Under the pieces are notes generated by a model. The model saw only the letters and a list, made by a program, of their open reading frames with translations, was not told the origin of the DNA and did not search any database. The translations under genes were made by a program, and so were the position numbers. 64,000 nt of DNA from a virus: IMG/VR virus record IMGVR_UViG_3300020733_000010, positions 114,145-178,144 of that record, one strand, 5' to 3'. Positions 9,901 to 19,200 of the stretch are shown here, in pieces. The first letter of the stretch is position 1. Every line of letters starts with the position of its first letter.

Positions 9901-11994
9901 TACCTGTTAACGACAGGTACAGGTAGTTTACTTACAGCTCCTAACGGAGCGAACGTAACAGGTACAGTTGCCAATTCAAATTACTCAATATTTGCTGGCA
10001 CTGTATTAACTAATGCACAACCTAATATTACTAGTGTCGGTACACTAACTGGCTTAACAGTATCAGGTAACACAACAATTACAGGTAACTTGTCAGTCAC
10101 TGGTTCATTAGAATATATAAACAGCAACGCAATCTATCTTCAAGATCCAGTCATTCAACAAGGTGGCGGTGCAAATGGTGCGGCACTATCAACTAATGAT
10201 GGATACGACCGTGGTACATTATTACATTATTACACCACTTCAACAGTCGATGCATTCATGGGTTGGAAAAATAGTGCTGGTGAGTTTGTATTTGCTAGTA
10301 ACGCTTCATTAGCTAACAATGTAGCAACTATAAACACGTATGGTAACATACACACAGGTAATGCTAACTTAGGTAACTTAGCAACAAGTAACTACTTTAC
10401 TGGTAATGGATATCTATTAGCCGGCATCACAGGCGCAAATGTGACCGGTCAAGTTGCTAATGCATTACTAGCAGGAACGGTTTATACAAATGCACAGCCT
10501 AACATTACTAGTGTTGGATCACTAACTAACTTGACACTAGCTGCAAATGGCAACATCACACTAAGTGGTTCATTAAGTCAAGTTACCGGTGCTAATTTAC
10601 TAAGTGGTACGTATTTAGCAGGTACGTTGACCACAGCAGCACAACCCAACATCACTAGCTTAGGTAACTTGACTAGTGCTAACGTTGCAGGTAACTTAAT
10701 TGTAGGTAATGTCAGTGGTGCAAATGCAATTAGTGCAAACTATTTTGTAGGTAACGGATCATTACTTACTGGATTACCTGCAAGTTATTCAAACGCAAAC
10801 GTAGCAAGTTATTTACCAACTTATACTGGGAACATAACTGCCGGTAACATTACTACAACTAGTTTAGAAACTGTAGGTAATTTGACTACAACCGGTAACG
10901 TCAGTGCAGGCAACTTATTAACAAATAACATATTGTATGCAAACGGTGTTGCTTGGAGCTTTAGTAATTCATCAGGCAATGCAAACTATGCTAACTTTGC
11001 CGGTACTGTATTAACTAGTGCTCAGCCTAATATTACTAGTGTTGGTACATTAACAAGTTTAACAGTTAGTGGATTAGTAACTGCAACCGGTACCGGCATC
11101 AAAGTTGCTAATATACAAGACACAACTGGTACTATTACTATTGCAACAAACTATGGTAGTAAAGCCGGGGACGTGGGTATTTATGGAAACTTAACTGTAG
11201 GTACAAGTGGAACTGGAAACACAACTACTAGCGGTTTAACTGCAACCGGTAACGTTACATTCACCAGTAGTCCAAACGTAAGTTTAGGAGCAGTTGGTAA
11301 TGTAAAAATTACTGGTGGTACTACAGGACAATATTTAAAAACAGATGGAACTGGTAACTTAAGTTGGGCTACTGTTTCAGGTGGTAGTGGTAGTGGCATT
11401 ACATATACTGCTAACGTAACACCACCAGGAACTGCAAACATTGCCGATCAATGGTTTAATACATCAACCAACACTTTATATGAGTATATAAATGATGGTG
11501 TTGCTAATTATTGGGTAGATATTCAAACACCAACCGTTTCATCAAGTTCAACTAATGTAACAATTGCAGGGTTTGTGTCAAGAACATACACAGGTGATGG
11601 TTCTACTGTTAATTTTACTATCAGTTCTAACTTATCCGCAGCCTCAGTAATAGTAACAGAAAACGGTGTTGTTCAAGTACCAACTACTGATTACACAGTA
11701 TCAGGAACAACATTAACATTTATATCTGCACCGTTAACCGGGGTGGTTATTCAAATTCGTGAATTAGCTTATGCTACTCCACAAGTAAACAATCTGACAG
11801 CAACAGGTAATGTTGCAGTTAGTAACTTAACTATTTCAGGAACAGCAAACTTGGGACCAATAGGTAATGTAAAAATAACAGGTGGAACTTCAGGTCAATT
11901 AATTTCAACTGACGGAACAGGTAACTTAAGTTTCATAACTCCAGTATCTAGCAATGCTAGAATAGTTGGATATAATTTAGTATTCGGGATGTAA
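6961..11994 (+). CDS. Very long repeat tail fibre (1677 aa)
   Basis: About 8 AQPNITSxG repeats, duplicated 44-aa block, LPASYSNxNVAxYLPTY repeats, internal C1q/TNF-like beta domain (FxPTIAGYYKITF), C-terminal hydrophobic ...NLVFGM tip; ATAAATA at 6950-6956. Confidence 0.8.
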   Translation: MSLLKVPGFALDSTSNFTFANATVTSNLVSGNANLGNVVIANYFVGNGSLLTGLPASYSNTNVAAYLPTYTGNLTSGNANLGNLVVANYHSGNGYLLSGITGANVTGQVGNALIAGTVYTNAQPNITSVGTLTSLSVTGNVSASYFIGNGSQLTGLPASYSNTNVAAYLPTYAGALSATDTTITGNLTVSGNFEYVNSTILRIEDPVIEQGGGPNATALSSNDGMDRGQLLHYYTTTPVDAFMGWKNSAGEFVFASNASLANNVATINTYGNIHTGNANLGNLVTANYYTGNGYLLSGITGANVTGTVATANNASYLGGTAAASYLLTTGTGSSLTAPNGANVTGTVSYANNANYLGGTAASGYLLITGTGSSLTAPNGANVTGTVANANYALYAGTVTTNAQPNITSLGNLTSANITGNLTVGNISGANAISANYFVGNGSLLTGLPASYSNTNVAAYLPTYTGNFSAGNISVTTTANVSNLVVTSNANLGAVGNVHISGGSSGYVLSTDGSGSLSWVAQSGSGGGSVTPSQYITKYDLGTNQSLTNNTDNTVHFDTSVYDPQSWFNTGTYQFKPTIAGYYKITFGAWFTTGSNGTGQQFNVQIRKNGSGLTIVQQPELGNVGQGLIATDTIYLNGGSDYLTFTAYASTGTISLTSGNGTYFEAFLIGSASATSNIGNGNSNINVASANANVTVSVNNTSNIAVFANTGVTINGNITTSANSNINVGGELVVNNYNQHGGAGYAGIITMTNSGGGSNPNKFLRLNSTGSIEIINSGYSATIFTLTDSGNLTVPGNVSASNYIGNGSALSSLTGANVTGQVSNSLVAGTVYTNAQPNITSVGTLTSLTVTGNISSGNANLGNLVTSNYFTGNGSLLTSLTGANVIGTVANATYAASAGSATTSGTVTTNAQPNITSVGTLTSLTVTANITSGNANLGNLVYANYHQGDGSLLTNITGANVTGTVATANNASYLGGTAAASYLLTTGTGSLLTAPNGANVTGTVANSNYSIFAGTVLTNAQPNITSVGTLTGLTVSGNTTITGNLSVTGSLEYINSNAIYLQDPVIQQGGGANGAALSTNDGYDRGTLLHYYTTSTVDAFMGWKNSAGEFVFASNASLANNVATINTYGNIHTGNANLGNLATSNYFTGNGYLLAGITGANVTGQVANALLAGTVYTNAQPNITSVGSLTNLTLAANGNITLSGSLSQVTGANLLSGTYLAGTLTTAAQPNITSLGNLTSANVAGNLIVGNVSGANAISANYFVGNGSLLTGLPASYSNANVASYLPTYTGNITAGNITTTSLETVGNLTTTGNVSAGNLLTNNILYANGVAWSFSNSSGNANYANFAGTVLTSAQPNITSVGTLTSLTVSGLVTATGTGIKVANIQDTTGTITIATNYGSKAGDVGIYGNLTVGTSGTGNTTTSGLTATGNVTFTSSPNVSLGAVGNVKITGGTTGQYLKTDGTGNLSWATVSGGSGSGITYTANVTPPGTANIADQWFNTSTNTLYEYINDGVANYWVDIQTPTVSSSSTNVTIAGFVSRTYTGDGSTVNFTISSNLSAASVIVTENGVVQVPTTDYTVSGTTLTFISAPLTGVVIQIRELAYATPQVNNLTATGNVAVSNLTISGTANLGPIGNVKITGGTSGQLISTDGTGNLSFITPVSSNARIVGYNLVFGM

Positions 11995-11996
11995 AC

Positions 11997-12368
11997 ATGG
12001 CAGCACCAAATTTAATAGCAGGTAATGTGATTACCGGTAACACAGTAGGAGTAAGTTTAACAAATACTTCTGCTACATCAATTTTAAGCAATCCTTCAAG
12101 TAGCGGGCATTGTTATAAAGTAAACACACTTAACGTAAGCAATGGCACAGGATCAGCAGCGAACATTACGGTTGCATGGTATAATGCAGCATCAATCGGT
12201 GGCACGGCATTCCCGATAGCAAACACAATGTCAGTTCCTGCATATTCTACAATTAACATCATTGACAAAACTAGTCAATACTATCTTGCAGAAAATACAA
12301 GTATAGGTGCAACCGCAGGAACAAGCAATGCACTCACAGTTACATTAAGTTATGAGGATATTAGCTAA
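11997..12368 (+). CDS. Small virion adaptor protein (123 aa), paralog of 15904..16260 and 13563..13892
   Basis: MAAPN...YKVNTLNVSN...SYE pattern shared with 15904..16260; coupled to the next gene (TAATG). Confidence 0.65.
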   Translation: MAAPNLIAGNVITGNTVGVSLTNTSATSILSNPSSSGHCYKVNTLNVSNGTGSAANITVAWYNAASIGGTAFPIANTMSVPAYSTINIIDKTSQYYLAENTSIGATAGTSNALTVTLSYEDIS

Positions 12369-13342
12369 TGTCTAAAAGATATGATGGAGGAATAATGGGA
12401 GGTACCTTAGGGTTACCAACTTCTAGTTCTCAATCCGGTATGTGGTCTCTATCATTGGCTTCTCAGATAGCAGGGTCCAATGCTTGGGGTGGTGTTGGCG
12501 CACAATCTATTTCAACTACTGTTATGCTTGCTGGTGGCGGTGGTGCCGGCGGTGGCGGTACACTTTATTGGGGTGCCGGCGGTGGCGGTGGCGGATATGT
12601 TTACCAAACAGTTTCTTTTATAAAAGGTATAACTTACACTATATCTATTGGCGCAGGTGGAACAAATTCTTCAGGCACTGGTAATGGAATAGGTGGCAAC
12701 ACAACACTAACAATGGCTGGTGGATTTACAATGACCGCCCTGGGTGGTGGCGGTGGAGGGATGACCGACGCCTCTCCTTACCTATACATAGCAGGCACCG
12801 CTGGCGGATGTGGTGGAGGAAGTATAGCAGACGCTGGCGGATCTACTGGTGTTCTTGGTGGTGTTGGTTTTCAAGGTAATGTTGGCGGTACTGGTACAGT
12901 GGGTGTCAATCGCGGTGGTGGTGGCGGTGGTGCTGGTACAGCTGGCGGCGCTGCCGTGAGTGCAGGTGGTGCCAAAGGAGGCGACGGACTTTCTAACTCG
13001 CTATTAGGGGGAACAAGTTATTATTGGTGTGGTGGCGGAGCATCCTCTGGCGGCACATCAACAACCAAAAATGGCGGACTTGGTGGCGGGGCTGCTTCGG
13101 GAACCGGCACTAGTAGTCCAGGTGGCAGTGGCATAAATACAGGATCTGGTCGCAATGGTGGAACAAATACTGGAGGCGGAGGGGGTAGCAATCAAACTGG
13201 TGGCCAAGGTGGGTCGGGCGCATTGATAGTATCATATCCATCAACATTAAGTCCTACTCTTACTGGTACTTATACATCATATTCTGCATATAGTGGAAAT
13301 ATTGCTGTGTTATTCACTGGATCTGGAACAATTACATTCTAA
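12368..13342 (+). CDS. Polyglycine-rich adhesin-like protein
   Basis: Many GGGGG runs with intervening variable segments; ending GxGALIVSYP...ILFTGSGTITF is shared with 13892..14764. Confidence 0.65.
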   Translation: MSKRYDGGIMGGTLGLPTSSSQSGMWSLSLASQIAGSNAWGGVGAQSISTTVMLAGGGGAGGGGTLYWGAGGGGGGYVYQTVSFIKGITYTISIGAGGTNSSGTGNGIGGNTTLTMAGGFTMTALGGGGGGMTDASPYLYIAGTAGGCGGGSIADAGGSTGVLGGVGFQGNVGGTGTVGVNRGGGGGGAGTAGGAAVSAGGAKGGDGLSNSLLGGTSYYWCGGGASSGGTSTTKNGGLGGGAASGTGTSSPGGSGINTGSGRNGGTNTGGGGGSNQTGGQGGSGALIVSYPSTLSPTLTGTYTSYSAYSGNIAVLFTGSGTITF

Positions 13343-13351
13343 GGATAAACA

Positions 13352-13552
13352 ATGACAACATTAGTAACAACAACTTTACTAGATCAAACAGGTAACATAA
13401 ATATGACTGGTGCTAATATTACATTAGGTCCAGCAGCAAATATCCACATATCAGGTGGTTCAAAAAATCAAACGTTGATTTCGGATGGCGCAAATAATCT
13501 ATCATGGGTAGATGTTGATATTATTAATCCATTCATGTTAATGGGGGCATAA
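13352..13552 (+). CDS. Short fibre-tip protein (66 aa)
   Basis: NITLGxxANIHISGG..LISDGANNLSW motif like the fibre genes; ends in INPFMLMGA; SD aagga. Confidence 0.6.
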   Translation: MTTLVTTTLLDQTGNINMTGANITLGPAANIHISGGSKNQTLISDGANNLSWVDVDIINPFMLMGA

Positions 13553-13562
13553 GGAAAAATAT

Positions 13563-13892
13563 ATGGCAATAACATACAAAGTTTTAGGACAATCAATACC
13601 ATCAGCATCAACTAATACCGATGTATACACTGTAGGTGCAGGGAAAAGCGCAGTAGTTTCTACTATTAATATATGCAATCAAGCAGCTTCATCAAGTGCT
13701 GCGACTGTTGCAGTTAGACCAAGTGGCGCAGCATTGTCAACATCACAGTATATTGTTTATCAAACTCCAGTTGCTGCAAATGACGCATTAGCATTAACGA
13801 TTGGTGTAACGTTGGCTGCTACGGATGTTATTACCGTTAGTTCAAACACAGGCAATGTTAGTTTCTCAGTATTTGGTAGTGAGTTAAGTTAA
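13563..13892 (+). CDS. Small virion adaptor protein (109 aa)
   Basis: MAITYKVLGQ..P...TDVYTV..GKSAVVSTINICNQ beta-sandwich pattern; SD aagga; coupled to the next gene. Confidence 0.65.
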   Translation: MAITYKVLGQSIPSASTNTDVYTVGAGKSAVVSTINICNQAASSSAATVAVRPSGAALSTSQYIVYQTPVAANDALALTIGVTLAATDVITVSSNTGNVSFSVFGSELS

Positions 13893-14764
13893 TGGGAATT
13901 AAAAGAGCAATTTATAGTAATATCCTTCAAAAGGATACACAGTATAATAATGTACCTTTTAATCAACTTGGTGCTCAATATATTACTGTTACTTTAATGT
14001 TGGCTGGTGGTGGATCACACGGCGGCGGTGGTTATGTCTATCAAAGTGCACAGTTTGTAAAAGGTGTTACATATACAGTGGTTGTTGGTGCAGGTGGAGC
14101 AAGCGGTTCAAGCGGTGGTAACACCACGGTGACCATGGCTGGCGGCCTTACTGTAACTGCTTATGGCGGAGGTTACAACGGAACTCCTCAAAATACTTAT
14201 GGAGCACCAGCGAGCTTTGCTGGATCAGGGGGCGGTTGTGGTGGCGGAAGCGCTGACAACAACTATAGTGGGGGCTATTCTGTACCATACGGCGGTACAG
14301 GCTTGCAAGGCGCCAACGGCGGTATCAGTGATGGTACCGGACGCATTGGCGGCGGAGGCGGAGCAGGAGCCAACGGTGGTACTGCCAGTGCTACTGGAGC
14401 GTCTGGCGGCAACGGACTGTCAAACACATTGTTGGGTGGTAGTACATACTACTGGTGTGGCGGTGGCGGCGCGAGCGGCAACTTGGGACAAACTGGCAAC
14501 AAAGGTGGCTTTGGTGGTGGAGGTGCCACTGGGTCAGGTTCTGTACCAGATACCACACACGCCATCAATGCCGCAACAGCACAAGGTGCAACCAATACTG
14601 GTGGTGGTGGTTCAGCTGGCTACACCGGTGGCAGTGGTGCAGTAATAATATCTTATCCAACTACGTCTTCGGCTCCTACATTAACAGGAACATATACAAT
14701 TTATGCTGCATCAGGTGGATACATTGGTATATTATTCACCGGATCAGGAACAATAAAATTCTAA
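13892..14764 (+). CDS. Polyglycine-rich adhesin-like protein
   Basis: Paralog of 12368..13342 (MLAGGG, GGGYVYQ, NGLSNTLLGGSTYYWCGGG, ILFTGSGTIKF). Confidence 0.65.
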   Translation: MGIKRAIYSNILQKDTQYNNVPFNQLGAQYITVTLMLAGGGSHGGGGYVYQSAQFVKGVTYTVVVGAGGASGSSGGNTTVTMAGGLTVTAYGGGYNGTPQNTYGAPASFAGSGGGCGGGSADNNYSGGYSVPYGGTGLQGANGGISDGTGRIGGGGGAGANGGTASATGASGGNGLSNTLLGGSTYYWCGGGGASGNLGQTGNKGGFGGGGATGSGSVPDTTHAINAATAQGATNTGGGGSAGYTGGSGAVIISYPTTSSAPTLTGTYTIYAASGGYIGILFTGSGTIKF

Positions 14765-14775
14765 AGGAAATAAAA

Positions 14776-15150
14776 ATGAGTCATTATGCACAAATAGATG
14801 AAAACAACATTGTTAAACAAGTACTTGTCATTGAACAAGACGTTATAGATACAGGTTTATTTGGAGACCCCAAAACATTTATTCAAACTAGTTACAATAC
14901 TAGAGGAAATGTACACTATGGATCCGATGGTAACCCAGACGGTGGCGTAGCACTACGTGGAAATTATGCTGGTATAGGATATACATACGATCCAGTAAAT
15001 GATGTATTCTATCCACCTAAACCTTTTTCAAGTTGGACGATCAGTGCTGAAACAAATTGGGTATGGACTAGCCCTACCCCATATCCAACAGACGGCAAAG
15101 ATTATAGTTGGGATGAAGATACCACTAGTTGGGTAGTCATAAATACATAA
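14776..15150 (+). CDS. Conserved small phage virion-associated protein (MSHYAQIDENNIVKQV...), 124 aa
   Basis: True start taken as ATG 14776 after SD aagga; the longer ORF-track start lies in an alternative frame of the Gly-rich gene. RGNYAGIGYTYD..DVFYPPKPF.SW motif. Confidence 0.7.
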   Translation: MSHYAQIDENNIVKQVLVIEQDVIDTGLFGDPKTFIQTSYNTRGNVHYGSDGNPDGGVALRGNYAGIGYTYDPVNDVFYPPKPFSSWTISAETNWVWTSPTPYPTDGKDYSWDEDTTSWVVINT

Positions 15151-15161
15151 TAAGGTAAAAA

Positions 15162-15902
15162 ATGTCATTTCCAAGTAGTCCAATTAACGGTCAAGTAGCG
15201 ATACTTAACGGTATATATTATACATATACCTCGACAACCAACAGTTGGACTAGAAGTGCCGCCTCTCAACCTACCATGAGTGTAAATGTTGATACATTTA
15301 CGAGTGACGGTGTTACACTTGCTTTTACATTGAGTGTAACCCCAGTTAACATAAACTTAATAACAGTTAATATTGATGGCGTATTCCAACAAAAAACATC
15401 TTTTACATTAACAAATAATGTTCTAACTTTAACAGGTGCACCATTCGTAGGTGCAATCATAGAAGTAAGAACTATGGTTGCGGCACCTGCAAGTGTAATA
15501 ACTGGTTTGGTATTAGATACATTTACCGGCGACGGTTCTACCGTTAACTTTACGTTAAGCCAAGCACCTACATCAAAGAATTTTACCTTAGTAACAACAG
15601 GCGGTGTAGTACAACAGAAATCAACATATTCACTGCTTGGTACAACAATAACATTTTCAACTGCTCCTGCAAATACTGCACCCATTGAAGTTATGACATT
15701 TGGTCCTGCAATTAATACTTCTTTAGCTGCGGGTTCAAATTCACAGGTTCAAATTAATAACAACGGTGCTCTAGGAGCATCTACTAATTTAACATTCAAC
15801 ACTTCAACTAATACATTGAATGCAACTAATATCACACAGAATAGTGTACCCGTAGCAACAAACGGAAAAGCCATTGCTCTAGGCATGGTATTCGGAGGAT
15901 AA
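15162..15902 (+). CDS. Short fibre/virion protein (246 aa)
   Basis: MSFPSSPINGQ N-terminus; two DTFT(S/G)DG.T..FTL beta-repeats; ends in KAIALGMVFGG tip. Confidence 0.7.
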   Translation: MSFPSSPINGQVAILNGIYYTYTSTTNSWTRSAASQPTMSVNVDTFTSDGVTLAFTLSVTPVNINLITVNIDGVFQQKTSFTLTNNVLTLTGAPFVGAIIEVRTMVAAPASVITGLVLDTFTGDGSTVNFTLSQAPTSKNFTLVTTGGVVQQKSTYSLLGTTITFSTAPANTAPIEVMTFGPAINTSLAAGSNSQVQINNNGALGASTNLTFNTSTNTLNATNITQNSVPVATNGKAIALGMVFGG

Positions 15903-15903
15903 C

Positions 15904-16260
15904 ATGTCAGCACCAAATATAGTAAACGTACAAACAATTACAGGTACACTAGCAGTTCAGCAGGTTACAACATCTGCTACAGCAATTGTAACTAATAGTT
16001 CAAGTAGTAGCCAAGTATATAAAGTCAACACATTAACTATTAGTAACGTTGGCGCTAGTGCGGCAACTATTACAGTAGATGTTTATAGATCATCTACGCC
16101 ATATCGTATTTCATATAATGTCAGTGTACCAGTCAATGCAACATTTACACCTATTGATAGAACAGCAATGTTATATTTGAATGAAGGTGACGTATTGCGA
16201 TTAACTGCAAGTGCAGCAAACATATTAGAAGCAACATGCAGCTATGAGGTAATCAGTTAA
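15904..16260 (+). CDS. Small virion adaptor protein (118 aa)
   Basis: Paralog of 11997..12368; coupled to the LamG gene (TAATG). Confidence 0.65.
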   Translation: MSAPNIVNVQTITGTLAVQQVTTSATAIVTNSSSSSQVYKVNTLTISNVGASAATITVDVYRSSTPYRISYNVSVPVNATFTPIDRTAMLYLNEGDVLRLTASAANILEATCSYEVIS

Positions 16261-19200
16261 TGTATAACGGTGGTATCAGAGGCAAACGTGCTGGTGATGG
16301 TTTTGGTACATTGTCAGCAAGAGACCAATTCAATCAAAGTGTTTTACAAATCCCTGCATTGACTGGATGGCAACCTACTGATGGCAGCTATAATATTTTG
16401 ACCGGACAAAATGCGGTAGCACCCGGTGCAATTGTAGTTGTGTATGGAACTGGGTTCTCTAGTACAGCAACATATACAGTTTATTTGGGTAATGTACAAA
16501 TTGGATCATATACAGTAGTAGATACTGGACGCCTTGCTTTTACAATTCCTAGCGCACAAAGTTCAGGTGTTTACACATTAGTAATATATTCAAGCACCGG
16601 TGGCGCAGCAGCATTGGTTCCCGGCATACAAGTTTCAGGTTTCCCTACTTGGACATTTACATCGTATTCTCAAGCAACTATCCAATCAGTCAGTATTCAG
16701 TTACAAGCAACAGGTAATGCACCATTGACATATGCATTACAAACACCAAATACGTTACCTGCAGGATTATCATTAAGTTCAACCGGTTTGATTAGCGGGT
16801 CACTTACTGTTGCTATCAATACACTATCAACATATACAGTCAATGTTATCGTTTATGACGCAGCAAATCAACCCACAACACAAACAATAACAATTACGTT
16901 AATTGTAAATGATACATATTTCTCAAACACAACTATGGTATTGACTGGTGAAGCAAACAACACACCGTTCATCGCCGATGCAAGCACTAACAATTTTCAG
17001 TTAACATTAAATGGTAACCCAAAACCAACATATACTACACCCTACTTGGGTGATGGTTACTACAGCAACTTGTTTGACGGCTCTAGTGGGTACTTAAATT
17101 TAGGTACCCCCAGCGCACTACAAGTAGGCAGCAACAACTTTACCATTGAGGCTTGGATATTTCCTATGAGCACTGGACCAATGCTGATACTGGGAAACTT
17201 AAATAACGGTAGTGGAACTGGTTCTTATTGGCTTATTGTTAATTCAACATTCAGCGGTGGTAGCCTATTCCAATTGGGATACAACTCTAGTAGTACAGGT
17301 TATAACATTCAAGTTGGAACAGGCACACTGACAACATATACTTGGCATCATGTTGCAGTGTCTAGAAGTGGATCCAATGTTTACTTCTTCTTAGATGGAG
17401 CGCAAGTTGGTGCAACAAACACCAGCATTGGTTCAAGAGTAATAGACTCCAATTCCAACACATTTTATATTGGATACGCAGTGTCTGGTTCATATTATGT
17501 CAACGGTTACCTCTCTAACTTGAGATTGGTCAACGGCGCAGCACTATACACCGCAAACTTTACTCCAAGCACAACATCACTGACCTCAGTGGCAAATACA
17601 GCACTATTGACCAGCCAATCAACTAGTATTGTTGACAAAAGTGCAAACAACCTCGCAATAACCAAGTCTGGTACAGTAAACATCTCACCAGCAACACCGT
17701 TTGCCACACCAACAAGTGTAACAGTGAATACTGGTTATAGTGTTAACTTTAGTAGTCAAACTGATTATTTGACAGTAGCATCTAACGCAGTTTTTGCTTT
17801 TGCTGGAGCATTTACAGTAGAAGGATGGTTCTATTGGCCAACTATTCCATCAGCGGGTAGTTTGCTTGGTACCTTGACTGCTAACGGATTTAACTTTTAT
17901 ACAGACGGTACTACCTTAGGACTTAACAGCTATGGATCAGGTAATGTATGCTCAGTGGCATTCCCATCGAGAAATACTTGGCATCACATTGCAATGACCA
18001 GAGATGCATCAAATAATTGTACAATATGGGTAGATGGAGCAAGTTCCGCTACTGGCACAAGCGCACAGAGTTTTGTGCAGGCTGCTTGGACAATATATGG
18101 TGGTAGCAACAACGGAGGTAGTGGATATATTAGTAACCATAGAGTCGTAAAGGGAACTGCTGTATATACATCAGCATTTACACCTAGTACTACACCGTTA
18201 ACAGCAATCGCCAATACGCAATTGTTAACTTGCCAAGGTAATCAAATAGTAGATGCAAGCACTAACGCATTTGCCATCACTTTAGGTGGCTCACCTAAAG
18301 TACTTAACAATGCTTATCCATTCACAATGCCAACATCAACGGTATCTAACTTAAGTAATCTTGGTACAACATATTTTAATGGTAGTACGGATTACCTACA
18401 ATCAACTGTTACAGGACCCGGCACAGGTGATTTTACGATTGAAGGGTGGGCATACGCAACGACATTAGTTTCAGGATCTTCCAACCTATTCAGTATTGTG
18501 GCTAGCGGTAGCAGTAATGGATTCCAAGTCTATATGAGTTCAAATAATGGATTTGGTATAAGAAGCAACTCGGCTAATATTACACCAAATAATTCTGGCG
18601 GTATTACACCGGTAACCAACAGTTGGTATCATGTGGCAATGGTCAGAAAATCCGGAACTATATCTTTGTACATCAACGGTGTACTTGCAGCCAGTACAAC
18701 CACATCGTATACATTCAGTGATACACAGTTTAACGTTGGTTATAGTCCAATTGGAACTTATTTTGCAGGATATATCAGTGACATAAGATATGTTAACGGC
18801 ACAGCGTTATACACTAATACCTTTGCCCCAACATATCAACCACTAACAGCAGTAACTAATACAAGTCTATTGACATTACAATATAATGGTGGTTCAACCA
18901 ACACAGCAATTGCCGATAACAGCATATTCAATAATGTAATAACTACCGTAGGAAACCCCTCTCAAGGTAACTTTAGTCCATATAGTCAAAACGGTTGGAG
19001 TAATTACTTCAATGGTAGTACAGATTATTTTTCTTTATCATCTTCAACGTTAACACTAGGTACTACCTCATGTACAATTGAAGGATGGTTCTACCCTATT
19101 AGTACTTCTGGTAGTTATAACCTCATATGTTCAAATAGAACTTCAGCTGGAACTGACGGTATCTCACTAACGGTCACCAGCGCAAATAAATTTGCTATAA

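Noticed and set aside
14455-14775. N-terminal extension of the 231-aa ORF
   Set aside because: It is an alternative frame of the Gly-rich gene; the strong SD and conserved N-terminus begin at 14776.
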